From positions 744,001 to 808,000 of the forward strand of contig CM022668.1 of assembly GCA_012295275.1 (NCBI GenBank): DNA of 64,000 nucleotides. Direction: 5' to 3'. The DNA comes from Chrysomallon squamiferum (lineage: Eukaryota; Animalia; Mollusca). The position numbers were made by a program, and so were the translations under genes. Positions 49,664-64,000 of the stretch are shown piece after piece (the first letter of the stretch is position 1; each line of letters opens with the position of its first letter). The notes below the pieces were generated by a model. It made no database searches and was not told where the DNA came from. It worked only from the letters and a program-made list of their open reading frames with translations.

Positions 49664-52584
49664 ATGTGAGTCGCTTTTTATTTAATACGCTTTATTTATA
49701 ATGTCTGTTTACTGTTTCTTTTACTTAACAAACTTTAAAACAATGTTTTAGTAATTCTCAGTAATATTCAAAACTGTAATTTTTAATAATTAATTATACA
49801 GTATACACAAAAACAACATGAAAGGCACGAATGATCAAACGTATACAGTTCATACAATAATGTATATGAATAATTAATCTTTATACATAACACACAAATT
49901 AAATTTGAGACACACATATGTAGATACACACAAGCTAGAAAGGGATCTAGCTCAGTGATTACAGAGATATAGACATTGTATCCAGCGAATGCAATGGAAT
50001 ATTTTGTCTTGCGTGGTAGTAGACACATCACTTGCTACCCAGTCGTTATGATCGTTACGGAAAGAATCGTATTTGTAACACTTAACAGATGTTAATAATA
50101 CTGAAGTGTCCATTGACAAAACATTTCACAATCAGCATTTCAGTGTTCGTGTTATTGTTTTGGCTAAAAATGGTGTATACAAACGTTTCTCGTGCAGCCG
50201 TGATTGTGATATATACTTAATAAACTACGTATATTATATTATATTATATTATATTATATTATATTATATTATATTATATTATATTTTTCCAGTAGATATA
50301 GCGTTCACGAACCTTATTTCATGCACCAATTTAATAAAATAATATTACATAAAATACTTGTAGTTAAAGTCTGATTATTTTATTAAGGCTACGTTCGTAT
50401 AGTCCATAATCTGAAAAGTTCTGAAATCCGAAACATTTCCGGCCCTAAGCATTTCGGTTAATGGATCTTCAACCTGGATTAAAAATGTATGCTATTAAAT
50501 AATGTTTCTGTATCCTACATAAAATAGCTTTCATTATGATTATAATTTTTATATTTCTAAAATTTTGGTGACGTAAAGATAACAACGTGGCGATTAAACA
50601 TATATATATATGCTAAATTTTATTTTATGTTAGACAAGTGGAAAATTCCCAGACAGACTGAGTAGATTATTTACGCACAGATTTTACTATATAGAACACT
50701 ATGTGAAAGGAGAAGGAAATAGTCACACATATTCACCAACTTTTTCATTCATATTATATTTTATTACAATCAAAGTTAGACGATAGAACAAAACAACAAC
50801 TTGGAAATATATAAAATGCATTAGAACATTTTTTTTTTTTTTTTTTATATCTATATACTATTATTTTTTTTTTTTTTTTTTTTTTTGCTAATACTTAATA
50901 TCTTGTTTTATGTTTAATAGAAATAAAATCTTTGTTATTCGGTTAATGTTTGTGCAGTTTAAATAAAAAAATGTTTATCCGCACAGGAACAAAGTTACTC
51001 TACAATTATATGGAATTTATCTGTGAAATAAATAATCTGACCTCCCCATCCCCATGTACTAAAGGTTACAGTTGAATTACATACCATTATAGCTGCGGGT
51101 TACCATTTTACAGCTACTGAGTGAAGGAAGAATTCCACTTATACACTCTGCATATACAAATATGCACTAAGTTAACTTCTACATGTGTGCTTCATGTTTA
51201 CATTGGCACACTCTTCACAAACCCTTTAGAGACATTATTCTTTTTATTCCAGTTTGAAAAAAGACAATTGATGGCCCAAATAAACAATTTATTCCGTTAC
51301 TTTTAAATTATTTTCTACTAATAGTTCAGAGGTTGATAGAGATATATTTTATTTATTTTCAGGATTGGTTGGTTAGGCGGGTTGGCCTCGTGGTCGCGAC
51401 TACGTGGTACCTGTGACGACGACTGGTGTGACAGACTCAATCACTTGTGGACAGTGGTGTTGTTGGCGATATTTACCGTTTTTGTAAGCAGCGCCCAGTA
51501 TGTAGGCGACCCCATCCACTGCTGGTGTCCAGCCAGCTTCACAGGTGCCTACGTCTCCTATGCAAAACACGTGTGCTGGATTTCTAACACGTACTATGTG
51601 CCAATGGACGACACCATACCTGTAGATCTGCGTGAACGGCAGGATCGCGAGATCTCCTATTACCAGTGGGTCCCCATCATCTTTCTTTTCATGGCATTCA
51701 TGTTTAAATGTCCCAACATTGTCTGGCGCTTGTTCAACAGCGGCGCCGGGGTCAATATGGATAAAATTACGACAATGGCCGAAGGAACACAGCTTGGTTC
51801 CGGAGATGACAGAGAAAAGACAATATATCATATTGCCAGGTATATGGATAGGTGGCTAACGGCTCACCGACAATACAATTACAATGTGATTGTGCGTATA
51901 CGCCAACGATTATCAGGCATTTGCTGTTTTTTCTTGGGTAAACGCGACGGAACATATCTAACTGGTTTTTATCTTTTCGTTAAACTTCTTTTTGTTATCA
52001 ATGTCATTGGTCAATTTTTTCTACTTAATTCGTTTCTGTCCATGGATTATTCTGTTTACGGGTTTGAGGTGATCAGGAAGCTGTCACAGGAAGAACCTTG
52101 GCGGGAGAGTCCACGTTTCCCACGTGTCACTCTGTGTGACTTTGACATTCGACAGCTGCAGAACGTGCAGAGATGGACCGTGCAGTGTGTGCTGCCAATA
52201 AATCTTTTCAACGAAAAAATTTTCATTTTTCTCTGGTTCTGGCTCTTCTTCGTGTCTACTTTGACCTGCATGAATTATCTCTCTTGGCTCTATCACGTGC
52301 TGATTGCTCTCAACAGAAGTAGATACGTGAAAAAATATCTGAAATTGGGAGATGAAATTCGAAGTTCGGGTGATTCGAAATTGTGTCGAAAATTCGCGGA
52401 CGAATACCTGCGAAACGACGGAGTGTTTGTACTTAGAGTAATCGCCAAAAACTCGTCTGATCTTGTCCTCAAAGATCTTGTTATTCACTTGTGGAAAATA
52501 TTTCGAGATGATCCGAGAATGACACTGCGGCCAACTACCGAAATGAATCATCATGGAGATGAAAAGAAGGATGGTCTGGCATGA
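49664..52584 (+). CDS. Innexin (invertebrate gap-junction protein), about 407 aa; main exon 51363-52584, probable split start codon AT|G
   Basis: DDD..DRLNH, QYVGDPIHCWCP, CWISNTYY, YYQWVP, FPRVTLCDF, QCVLPINLFNEKIFIFLWFW, YLRNDGVFVLR. Acceptor TTTTCAG 51362 needs 2 upstream nt; AAACAT|GTGAGT at 49664-49671 supplies AT (upstream exon less certain than the main exon). Confidence 0.95.
50405..50476 (-). mobile_element. Tigger/pogo-type MITE terminal fragment
   Basis: Reverse complement reads CAGGTTGAAGATCCATTAACCGAAATGCTTAGGGCCGGAAATGTTTCGGATTT; a related end, TA|CAGGTTGGGGAACCCTTATCCGAAA, lies at 55607. Confidence 0.55.
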
Positions 52585-53977
52585 TGAAGTAACAAGTACT
52601 ACGATGGAATTTGAAATCTCTGCAGTTTTGCTTACATTTTCAGTCTTAGTATTCATCAATAAAAACTAATATAAATATTGCATTGGTTCTCCGAAATGAA
52701 TCATTATGTAATGAAATGAACAATATAGAGAATAAGCATTAACTTCATCTTTCAGATAAAACTAAAATCAAAACGATTGACCAAGTGATCGTTTCTAGAA
52801 TTCTGTGCAACGAAAATAAAATAACAAACCCAGTCAGTCTGCTACGTGCCTGATGAATGAAAATAATAAATATGCCAACACTTTAAACCGAGCTGCATAT
52901 TTATACTTACAGCGGCTTACTTATATTATAACTTGTTATATGAAATGTTAAATACGTAGTAGATGTTGTGTATGAAACGTATTGCAGTTAGGGTTTTTTT
53001 CCCCAGAATACAGTTATTCTGAGTTTTAAAAAAAAAGTGTCTAAGTGTGAAGATTTAATATGGTAAAGTAATGCTGGTGCTTAATAAGAATAAAAGGTTG
53101 AAATCAAGTAATTATTCGTTACAGAAATGATTATTTTTCTCCATGAAAGTATGTAATTCAACAAACGCATATTGTTTGAACAGAAATGTAGGTCACTCAT
53201 AAAGACGGTTTTTATCTGTATTATTGAATCAACAACAGCAAAAGTGTGTGAATGAAAATCTATTTATTATCTTCATATCGTCGTACCCGAGTTTCTCTTT
53301 CTGTCATTTGTATATGAAAATAATTCCTGGAGATCATTACATTGCATTATGGATATTTAGCTGTATTTTATTTACGTGTGTTTCTGTCTGTAACTAGGTG
53401 CATATAATCTACGTTTATCTCATTGTATCAGTTATATAGGTCTGTATTTCACTGAACCGTTAAAGTGTTTCACATGTTAAATATGTAATATCGATATTCT
53501 AATAGTTTAGTGTTTATGATCTAACCAGAATAGTAAGTTATATGTAAAGAGGCATTAGTAATTACCAAATATTCATTTATCAGTATTATCATTTCCACTC
53601 GTATTTAAAATCATCGAATCATCAATCATCTTTTGGTGCTTCTGTGGTACATTGTTGTGCCTGACTGATAATCTTGTTACTACCAAATAAGAGTAACCTT
53701 TCGAACAGATGTGAGTTTATTTTTAATCAGTAACAATTATTTTATTCATGTTCTCAATTCTTGTCTAATGTTTTTATAAACCTTATTGTTATCCGCCTGT
53801 TATTTTATTTATTTTTTTGTTGAATTTACTCAGCTGTAATTATGATGATATGTGTAACTAGTCAATGAAACCCGGAAAACTACTTTTTGATGATTTTGCA
53901 TACTGCTTCCAGGAAAGATTTTACACTATTTTTAAAAAGAGTTTACGTTCATGTTTTCCACCAATGCAGTATAGTCA

Positions 53978-54350
53978 TTATGAATTCAAAAATATGTACT
54001 TCCACTTTATAAATTCTAGAATATGTACTTCCACTTTATGAATTCCAGAAAACGAACGGACACTTTGTGAATCTTGAATATCTGCTCTCAGTTTATGAAT
54101 ATGTATTTATTTTATGAATTCTAGAATACCTACAATAATTTATGAATTCCGAAGAAAAACGGTTCAATTAATTTTTGAATTTGATCACTTGGATAATTTC
54201 AATAGATCTGTTACTTCGAGAATTCCAGTAGACCAGCATGTGCTTCGTGAATTCCAAGAGATAACTTTGCCTTCGTGAATTCCACAAGTCAAAGTTTTCA
54301 TGTCTTCAACAACATTACCAGCGACATCATCTTACTTTATGAATTCCAGT
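53978..54350 (+). repeat. Degenerate ~29-30-bp tandem repeat with TGAATTCC core downstream of innexin
   Basis: AATATGTACTTCCACTTTAT repeated exactly at 30-bp spacing; GAATTC-like cores recur to about 54345. Confidence 0.6.
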
Positions 54351-55606
54351 ACTTAATAATTGCAGTAGATCGTTGTTAATCTGTTAAAGTTCATTTGGTT
54401 CTTTTGAAAAAAAAAAAAAAAAAAAAATAAAAATAAAAATAAAAATAAAAATAAAATAAAATAAACTGTTATGAAGGAATCGTTAGTCTGTTCGGAGTCT
54501 TCCGATTTTGAGTATGTGTGATAATAAAGATTTATAAAGATATAAAATTCACTGGATTAATATTTTGTCTCAAGCATGGATAAAGATGAAGGATGAATTA
54601 TCCCTGTCACATAGTTTTCGAAGTATGATTTGAAATTGCTGCACCAGTGGAAATTAGCTATCAGTTGATGAAAGTTTAAAATGTTTTACATATATATGTC
54701 ATAATATGTGTATATACTTTTACACTAGAGATGTAGTGTAGGTGTCGGAGTGTTTGTATGTGTGTTGTCAAAGCAACATGTAACTTGCTTTGTTACGTGT
54801 GAGTGGGATTCTGATTCAAAGATCATGTGACATACGTTTATTATAAACTGACAGAAAATAATAAATATACTTCGTAATTATTTGTTTGTTATCTCTGTGT
54901 TGTCTTTGTTGTTAAATGATAAAGTTTTCTTTGTTTTTGTCTACATGTAAAAACTTTGTATCCTTTTAGCGACCGCCATTAATGTAATAGTTAAATATCA
55001 CTAACAGTAAACTGCTGCCAGACCAAAACTACCCAGAATATACCGTTTATATAATGTTATATTTATTTTATAAAGCTTAATCTTAGGTTGGAAATTTAAA
55101 AAATAATTTATATTCTGAAATTCATACAAACAGAAAAGCAGTAAATGAATTAAGTGGTCGATGGATCAGTCAATCTCTGCAAACAAAATCTGCTTAATGG
55201 TGTAAGAGGAGACAACGTAAAACTGGATCTCTGAAATAACATTTGGCTTAGTCACTAAGATAATGAATACCATGGATACACGTCTTAACAGAAAGTTTTA
55301 GGCTAACTTACTATGTTAAAATTAAATTAAATATACAAAAAAAAAAAAAAAAAAAAAGAGAGAGAAAATAATAGAAAGATAATATCATCTTTATTTCGTT
55401 ACTAAAGATAATGAATATAATAAAATTATTTTAAGTTAAATCGAAAATACAACGGAAAATAAACATACAGCAGTTTTTAAGTAGGTCGGCATCGCAGTAA
55501 ATTATACATAACTGCATGTCAGTTCTGTTAATATAAATGACTTAATTAATTTTAAGATTTTTTTTTTTTTTTTTTTTTTTTTAAATATACATTATAATTC
55601 GTTATA

Positions 55607-55900
55607 CAGGTTGGGGAACCCTTATCCGAAAGTTTCTATTTTCCAGAAATAGTAATATATCTTGGACTGTCTTGCATGTACAAATTTTAGGCACAAATAA
55701 ATAATTTTTTTTTTTTTTTTTAAGTTTTGTTTTGTTGTTTGGCTTTATTCTTTTTCCGTCTGTTTTTCTTTTTTCCCAAAATTTTGGATAAAGGATTAAA
55801 ATCAATGACTTAAAATAAATAAATATCTTGTTTTTAGAAAACAAACACTGATGATGGACTGGGAATGTTTTAAAAATCCGAATGTTTTATCAGTCCCTGT
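55607..55900 (+). mobile_element. Degenerate Tigger/pogo-type MITE (left end intact)
   Basis: TA|CAGGTTGGGGAACCCTTATCCGAAA; decayed AAAATCCGAATGTTTT near 55873. Same family as 50405-50476. Confidence 0.4.
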
Positions 55901-58869
55901 TCTGATGGCTGGGCAGAAATAGACACCATACGTGACATTGTTTTCCTACTTTCAGCTGAATTACCAATCAACAACAAATTCTGGTCAAAAGCAATTAAAA
56001 TTTTGTTTTAAAATCTAGAGAGGAATTTATAACGTACATATAACTGTAAATAAATACAAAACACTGTACAAAGACACATATATAAAAACACTACAAACAA
56101 AACAAATACATACATATATACAAACATTTACATACAAGATTATATTTTACACAATGATTAATTATAATGGATTGAAGAACAATTATTCTATATTTTATTT
56201 TAAGTTAACGATTTTTATTTTAAATATTTCCCGAGAGTAAATGTATTTACATTTAAATTTTCAAAGTGAATATATTGTTATTCCCATTTATTAAAAATAA
56301 GAAGAAGAAGAAGAATGAAAGAATGAATGATGCTTAATATTTTGTAATTTAAAAAGGAGATTTTAAGCAATCTGTGATTGAATCCTCTTTTTCCAGCCTG
56401 TGCCAGTCAGGAAATGAATGCTGGAAATGCAAACTTTCTTACCAATACCATGTAAGAGAGTGGAAATCTCAAATACTAAATACGTTTTACTTAAGTTATT
56501 TTTTCGTAGTCTTAAAATAAATATTGTATTTTTTTTTCTTTTTTTTTTGTTGTTGTTTTGAATTGATAATTAAAATCATACTTAAATTTAAATAATAACT
56601 TGATTTTATAATAATTAATATTATCGCATAATTTCATGAAGGCTTTACAGCACTTCGTGTATATTTCCGGTTTCACGTAAATCTCTTGAACTGGATTATA
56701 ACATATTTGTTCAGATAAGAACAATTATGTTTTCTGATTTAGGAAAATCAATTGCCATCGTCACGTCAAAAGACAAAAAAAGGAAGAAAAATAGTTATTT
56801 CCCTTAGTTTGCTAGATGTCGTTATAAAGACGGCAGCAGTAATAATGTTAAGATAGTATATATTATTTTAGGAAAATGTTATCGGTTGGTTAATATAAAT
56901 ACACTATCAAGGGTGATAACTCTAAGCATTAGGGTTATTTTTTGTAAATGCTGTTAAATCGTAAAACGCATACTTACTTTAGCTGATCTGTTAGCCTAAC
57001 TGAATACACTAAAGTAATTAACACATATCAGGTATGATATGGCTTATATTTTACCCCAGAATTATGACATTACTGTAACCATCTAAAAAATATGTATTCA
57101 GAAACAGCCTAATTATAACACACACATACAGATTACGTACTGTTAGTGACAGTGTAAAGTGTTGTTTGAAAATATTAATTACAAACATGTAGTAGAGCAT
57201 TTCTTCAAATGGATGTATATTCGACCAGCTAGTAAGAGACGCATTTTGATTTTAAGAACTCCACAAAATAAATTTAGAATAGTAATCCATGAATAACATA
57301 TATATATATATATCAACATTCATAATTACTCTTTTTTAACCTCTTGGCCAGTAGGTTAATATATTTGTTAACTTTCAAAATGTATATGTCTGAATTTTTT
57401 GTTATCATTTAAAAAATAACATTACTATTGTTTTGTTACCTGTAATAGAAGTTTGGATATGATTTAGCCAGGTGTTGACACAACTTCCTGTAGTATGTCT
57501 TGTCATTCCAGAACCCAGATCTCAGCCAAGAATGACATTAGTAAGAGTTATTTCTCTGTCAGTTATAATAATTTCATAAATAGATAAAAATAGAATTCCA
57601 TTTTCTACAGAGGTGTTGATTTTACTAAAATATAAACTGCAGTGATGACTGAGTGTAGTTAATAACACCAACATTAATGTCCTGAGTTTATCATGTGATC
57701 ATTATTAAAATGTATTCATTGTTGCTGTATGTAGTGTCACTGATGTCACTAAAACATCCAGCAACACTATCGTTTTTAAAATTATGCTACTGTCGGTTTC
57801 AGACTGAACTCAATAATACCATTTGGACCAAAATACTGTGATTTATACTACATTATTTAATTTTGTATAAATATTTAAGCTGACTTAAATGTGGAATGCA
57901 GACAAAAAAAAATTCAATGTACAAAAAATCACCATTTGCTGTGTGTGAAGATGTCAACTTGTACAAAACTTGATGTTTTTTTGTGTGTTTTTTTTAGCTC
58001 AGTTTACTGCATGTACCTCTCTCTTTGTTTGTAAGTATTTCATTGTGTGTGTAACTTTGTATCTGTAAATATGTATGTGGTCTTTGTATATGTGCATGAA
58101 GTAAGTAGGTAAGCATATCTAGTGAAAATGGTTTTGCAAGTAGACTGATATATAGGTAGACAGGTAGATAATATTCCTGTTTATATGAAAATAATATATG
58201 TATATACATGTGTGTGTGTATACACACACATATACCTGCCTACCTACATGTATGTATGACATTAGTCTTACAACCATTAAATTTAAAATATTATGAAATA
58301 ACTTAAAAGTGGCAAATGTTGGAAAAGACTTCTTTATTGCAATTTAACCTTAGAATCAAGTTAGAAAAATAAATTTTGTTAACAAAAATTGTGATTATTT
58401 ACTTTGACATTCAAAAACACCTAAAGACAATACAAGAACGACATCAAAACATAACCCAGAATAATTATAAATCACTGAAAAGAAAATAACAATCATTACT
58501 TCAAGAAATAACATTGATAGTAATATGTTTGATTATCTGTCATATTTAATTATTTTGAATTTAACTGTTGACTGCTTCTACCGAACATACATCCTATTCG
58601 TATTTATAAATAAAACGGAAAACGTATTTTGTGTTTTATATTGTATGTCAAAAGAAAATATGTAGGCTTTAAACCGGAATTCACTTTTTTGAAGAACGAA
58701 TCGAATGATAAATTGTTTGTTGGAGTTATTGCTCTTTGGCTTCTCGACCACTAAAATTGTTCGGTAGTAACACCTCTATACAAAGTGTGTGTGTCGTATC
58801 ACAACGTGTGTTCGTGTGTAAGAAGTTTGTACATTTATTTAAGTGGTAACTACTTTAAGAAAGGATAAA

Positions 58870-61800
58870 ATGCCTCCTAAATCCAAAAAGAATGAACCTA
58901 GTAAAAAAACAGAACTGAAGAAAAAAGAGAAAGTTATTGAGGTAAATGTATTATGTTTTATAATGAATTTGAATTTCCAGATATGGAAAACTAATGAATC
59001 AGTATTTCAGGTTTTTTGTTCAGATTGTGCAAGATTGTTCTACGCTTATAACTAAAATTAGATTAAAAGATATGAAAGATGAAATAAAATGATCACTGGA
59101 ATAGGTTAATTTTCAACGAAAACACTTTTTCTGTCAAACAACTGAATATGAAAGTACAGTTAAAATTAGAAGTAAAATTATTAATGAAACGGTTTCTGTT
59201 CAACATTATCATATTTTTCTGTAAATTGATCATTTAATAAACAATTGTAATTATTATTATACGTAATAATAGCTGGATCCATTGTAAAATAGAATGTAAG
59301 ATATTGCTAATCAGAATTGTTCTATACTTGTTAATCTGACATATCTAAAACGTATTTAATCACGTCATATTTAATCTTATGAGTGTATCACTATATGTAG
59401 TGTCTATTTTAATGGTCAGAAGTCACACATAAAACAGAATGATTGGCCAAATTGTGCCATATTTCCATTAGTCTAGCATGAAATTTTTGTTTAAAAGTTA
59501 TGTTTACCTCAGTAATATAGATAATAGAGCATATAATATAATAATATATTAATGAAATGTTGAAAATTAAGTCCATTTCATTGTAATCAACACTAGTGTA
59601 ATTATTTTTTATCTAATTTATTATCATAAGGCATAACATAATTAATTTAGTATTGTATTTTCACACTTGATTTTGCACAATCTCAGGTATGAAAAAATTT
59701 AGTCTCCAAATGGTATTAATAAACTCAATATATAGAGCTTATTGAAAGAACTATATTTAGACATTTGGTGCTCAGGATCAGTTTGCTATTGTTAATTCTG
59801 CTTGTATGTAATTAGAACTGAATAGATATCATTTTATTTACAATTTATTTATTTTGCCTTTTTCAAAACTAATTTAAATATTTTATTGTTTTTGTTTTTG
59901 CTTTTAGGATAAAACCTTTGGCTTAAAAAATAAAAAAGGTGCCAAGCAGCAGAAATTCATTCAGCAAGTTGAGAAGCAGGTTAAATTTGGAAACCAGAAA
60001 GCTAGCAAGGTATGTTTGTTTAATTTGTCTTTGTAAAATGTAATAATTATTTACTACATAGTTAAAATTAACATCCAGTTGATTCTCCCACTATCTCCCA
60101 GTCTTCCTGTTTATCCACCTCTTCATTTCTTTACATCCATTCCCTAGTTTATTACTCTTATATTTCATGTTTTCTTTCTACTATTGTGACTATTTGTCAC
60201 AGTGACAGTGCCTAATGTGTTCATTATCAAGTCCAGGGGATATACAAATTTAGAACACTGACAGGGACTGGTAAATTTTAAATTGTGAAAGTAATTTATT
60301 ATCGTGATGGTAAAATATATCCACTCAATAAATAAGAGTGTAATTTGTAATAATATACAATAAAATAAGCATAACTAAATTATTTATGGGATTATGGTAA
60401 CAAGTTAAACTACAGAATCAGTTGAATCCTAATTAAAGATGGAATCAGTCTCTGAAGAATCAAGTAGTTAATTGTAAGTTATACAGACACACATACACAC
60501 AATTTCAGTGACACAGGTTACATTGCTTAATGCTGGTATCAAAAAAGAAGTGAGAAAAATATCTTTCCATATCCTGCTGCCAAACATAATCAAAGCAGGG
60601 TCAGAGTTTCAAGGTTCTCTCCTGTGACATCAATTTTCATTAAACAGAACCTGCAGATGTCAGTGAAAACCACAGAATCAAAGACAAAAGAAAAGCCAGA
60701 ATAATGAACAAATTTCAAAGTTTTATTTGTTTGTCACACAAAATTCTCCATATCTTGGCTAGTAATTTAGGTAAATAAAAATTTAAAAACTACTTTTGAA
60801 AGTTTGTCATTGCCTATTTTTCTGTAAAAGGGTATTACTAATGGTCTAACAAAACTAATTATTTGCATATATTGGCAGTTAAAGTCAGTTTATTTATTTA
60901 TTATTTTTAATATACATAGTTGTTTAATATTTGTTATTTTTATCTTTTCTCTATTTCACATATAGAGCTAGATAATTTCAAGATTACTTACTATATAGTT
61001 ACTATATGCAAACCAGGTTTTATGTTACACAAAGATGAAATTATCTGTCTTTGTCACACTGTTTCAATTGTTTAAGTTGTATGATGTTTGGAATTGTCTG
61101 TTTACATTGTAGTTAGCCCAAGAGACTGATAAGGAAAGATCAAAGAAAAAAGATGACAAGCAGAAAGAGCTGGATCAGCTTAATGCATTGTTTAGACCTG
61201 TACAAAGTGTTACAAGAGGTATATAACTGTTTTTACCAATAACAGACATTACATTTACAGAAGACACCTGAACCAAATTCATGAATGATATAAAATCCCA
61301 AATTTTATTAGTCTGTAAATTATGGATTTTGCTTCACATCTGAATCTGTCATTTTTAAAAGTTATATCCGAATTCCTGTGATTATGTTTATGATTGATTT
61401 GCCTTATTAGCATTGTTTTGATTTTGAAATAACTCCATTGAAGAGCAGGTGTATTTTCTCAGAAAATCAGAACCTAACAATAATCTTTGCAGGTATTTTT
61501 GAAAAAGTTTGAAATTACCGATTGTGTAAAATAGCCGTTTATTCTTGTATTCCAGGAGTGGATCCCAAATCAGTTCTCTGTGCTTTTTACAAACAAGGAC
61601 AGTGTACAAAGGGAGATAAATGCAAGTTTTCTCATGACCTGAACATCAGCCGCAAGGGAGAAAAGAAAAGTGTTTATGATGATGTACGAAATGATGGTAA
61701 TGTAGTTATTTTTACATTATTTGAAATAATGACACACATTATGAACAGAAGAAATTGTATCAAACTATACTTTGATAGCTTATAATAAAAACAAAATAAA

Positions 61801-63812
61801 AAATCATATATTTATTTAGAATTTTTTTTTTTTTTTTTATTTCTGTAACAAATGAAGTATGTGTCACTTTTTCTTGATATGTCTTCATTTGTCTTTATTT
61901 CCAGAATTATTTTCCATATATTTTATAATTTACATACAAAAATTAATTTTAATATATTTACATTTGCCAGTGTATCCTATCAAGTCTGATTTCATATTTT
62001 AGAGGCAATCTTCAAAGTTATAATATAACATCATTATTTACATAACAAGAAAAATACAGAAACATGTAGCTGTCTGGATTAATTGACTGTTCATTCCTGT
62101 TGTGTTATGTAAATATATTAGAATTTTCATTTTAGTTTTGTTTTATATCTAGTTACACAGTCAAGAACATACAGCTGCATGTGTCATATTATGAATATGG
62201 ATAACAGTGACTCATATTTTTTGCAAAATACATTCTCCCCAAAATACACACAATCATAAAAAAAGTTATTTTTGTTCTCAATTTTATGGTTATTTTTAAT
62301 ATTTTTAGACACAATGGAAGACTGGGATGAAGCCAAACTGGAAGATGTTATAAAGAAAAAACATGGAGAAGCTGAGAAATCAAAACCTAAAACAGCCATT
62401 GTAAGTTTTCATAATCTTGTATGTTTAACGTGTCAAATATAGTTATGTTATTAACAGAAAAACTATATTTTATTACTCCAGTGAGTTATGTTATTCTTCC
62501 AGCTGCTGATAGCCATGAAATATAGCTGTATAAAATGGATACAAAAATTTAGGAATTAACATTGGCAGTTAACATATTTAAAGTTTAACATTTTAAAAAC
62601 AAATTCACAGAACTGATTTTTATTTTATTTTGTTACAGATATGTAAATATTTTCTTGAGGCTGTGGAAAACAATAAATATGGTTGGTTTTGGAGTTGTCC
62701 TAATGGAGGAGACAAGTGTATGTACAGACATGCTTTGCCACCAGGTATGCAATTATATCTTTATCTTTGTCCTTTTTACTATTAACAATTAGAGGTTTAA
62801 TTAATGTGTAACCAAATAGCTAATACATTATAGGTAATCACAGGTTATTGTTTATTTGTTATTAATAGAGAATGATAGTATCACTGAAACTTTTTGTTAT
62901 TTTTTATTATATTCAAAGCATAAATAAAACAACTGCTAAATACTGAAATATGCAAAATGAAAATAATTCATTACACTTTTGTTTAAGGTTTTGTGTTGAA
63001 AAAAGACCAGAAGAAGGATGAGAAAAAAGATACAATTTCACTTGAAGATTTAATAGAAAAAGAGGTAACAGGTTTTATTTGTTTATTTTAACGACTCAGA
63101 ATAGCTTTTTCATTATTGTTAGGTGAGAGTGAAATTAACAACTTAAAAAAAATTAAATATTGCTGTTATTAACTAAATATGTTAATTAATATTTTAAAAT
63201 ATAATTAATTGTTTTTTGGTTGTTGTTGTTTTTTTGCAGAGAGCTGCTTTAGGTTTTGAAACAACTCGTGTCACCCTAGAAACCTTTTTGAAATGGAAGG
63301 CAAGAAAAGTAAGTTGGTATAATATTATGAAGAAACTAGTCAGAGAAGAAACAGATTACATTTTAGTTTATCTTATGAATTGAATTATTCTGATACAAGT
63401 TGACAAAATAAGTTTATAACATCCAGATAAACACTATCTGACAACACAAATAAACTGATGTAAAGACATCATCATTACCTTCATAGAAATATGAAAAACA
63501 ACCATGACAGACTGAGTACTTAATTGTAATCTTATATCAGTATTGTTCTACACATTTATTTTTACATATCTATCAGATCTACATAATATCATATCCTGTA
63601 AAATTTATCATTATACTTTTGTCAGTTGCAGTAAACAAACAAAACATAAATTTGTATTTGAAAAGATTTAAGCAAAGTTTGTGTTAATGATTCTGATTTG
63701 TTACATAAAGTGACATTTTTTAATGTGTTTACAGAAGCAGGAAAAAATTGCAACAATTGTGGCTGAAAATGAGAAGAAGAAAACTGACTTTAAACAAGGG
63801 AAGATGTTGGGT
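58870..63812 (+). CDS. ZC3H15: Zinc finger CCCH domain-containing protein 15 (DFRP1/LEREPO4), 5' part; continues beyond the window
   Basis: Exons 58870-58941, 59908-60009, 61113-61218, 61556-61696, 62309-62400, 62639-62744, 62988-63064, 63240-63308, 63735-63812. MPPK...[94 protein letters not shown]. Confidence 0.96.
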
Positions 63813-64000
63813 GTAAGTATTTAAATCATCTGTTTAAAAACAATAATCAAACAAAATTATATAAAGATTAGTTTATCAATTAGTCAGTCATTTAGTCAGA
63901 AAAGGTTTGAAAATATTTCCAGCAAAAGTTACATACGTGTTTTATGAATGCAGCTTTATTAAACTCAGTTTCTCATTTTTTTCAAAGATATAACAGTTTA

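Noticed and set aside
51400-52659. Antisense ORFs over innexin (51400-51831, 52084-52659)
   Set aside because: No recognisable motifs; typical antisense shadows of a GC-richer coding exon.
1-64000. tRNA, rRNA or snoRNA genes
   Set aside because: No convincing cloverleaf, rRNA or box C/D pattern seen by eye; an Infernal/tRNAscan run is needed to exclude them.

Overview
AT-rich, intron-containing animal DNA, most likely a mollusc or other lophotrochozoan (innexin, clan-3 P450, microsatellites, MITEs). Five recognisable genes: an intronless PLAC8/cornifelin-family gene (20121-20450), a 14-exon CYP3A-like P450 (24733-36050), MCRS1 (minus strand, 37886-43891), an innexin with a probable split AT|G start codon (49664-52584) and the 5' part of ZC3H15 (58870 onwards). 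The most unusual part is 0.4-23.4 kb: four same-strand genes, each with one coding exon, that share a C-terminal CxxC...Y-xx-(L/I)A-x-D...HxxC module. From memory this module resembles the N-terminal domain of large Academ-type (XPG-containing) DNA-transposon proteins. Three of the four fuse it to long Gly/Ser/Tyr/Cys-rich low-complexity N-termini, suggesting a domesticated, tandemly expanded family. Two members share a near-identical 3' tract (probable gene conversion) and a duplicated upstream block with a perfect CRE. A second oddity is a 36-bp tandem array that copies the P450 exon-7 splice donor nine times in frame. All exon coordinates, alignments and family calls were made by eye; no searches were run.
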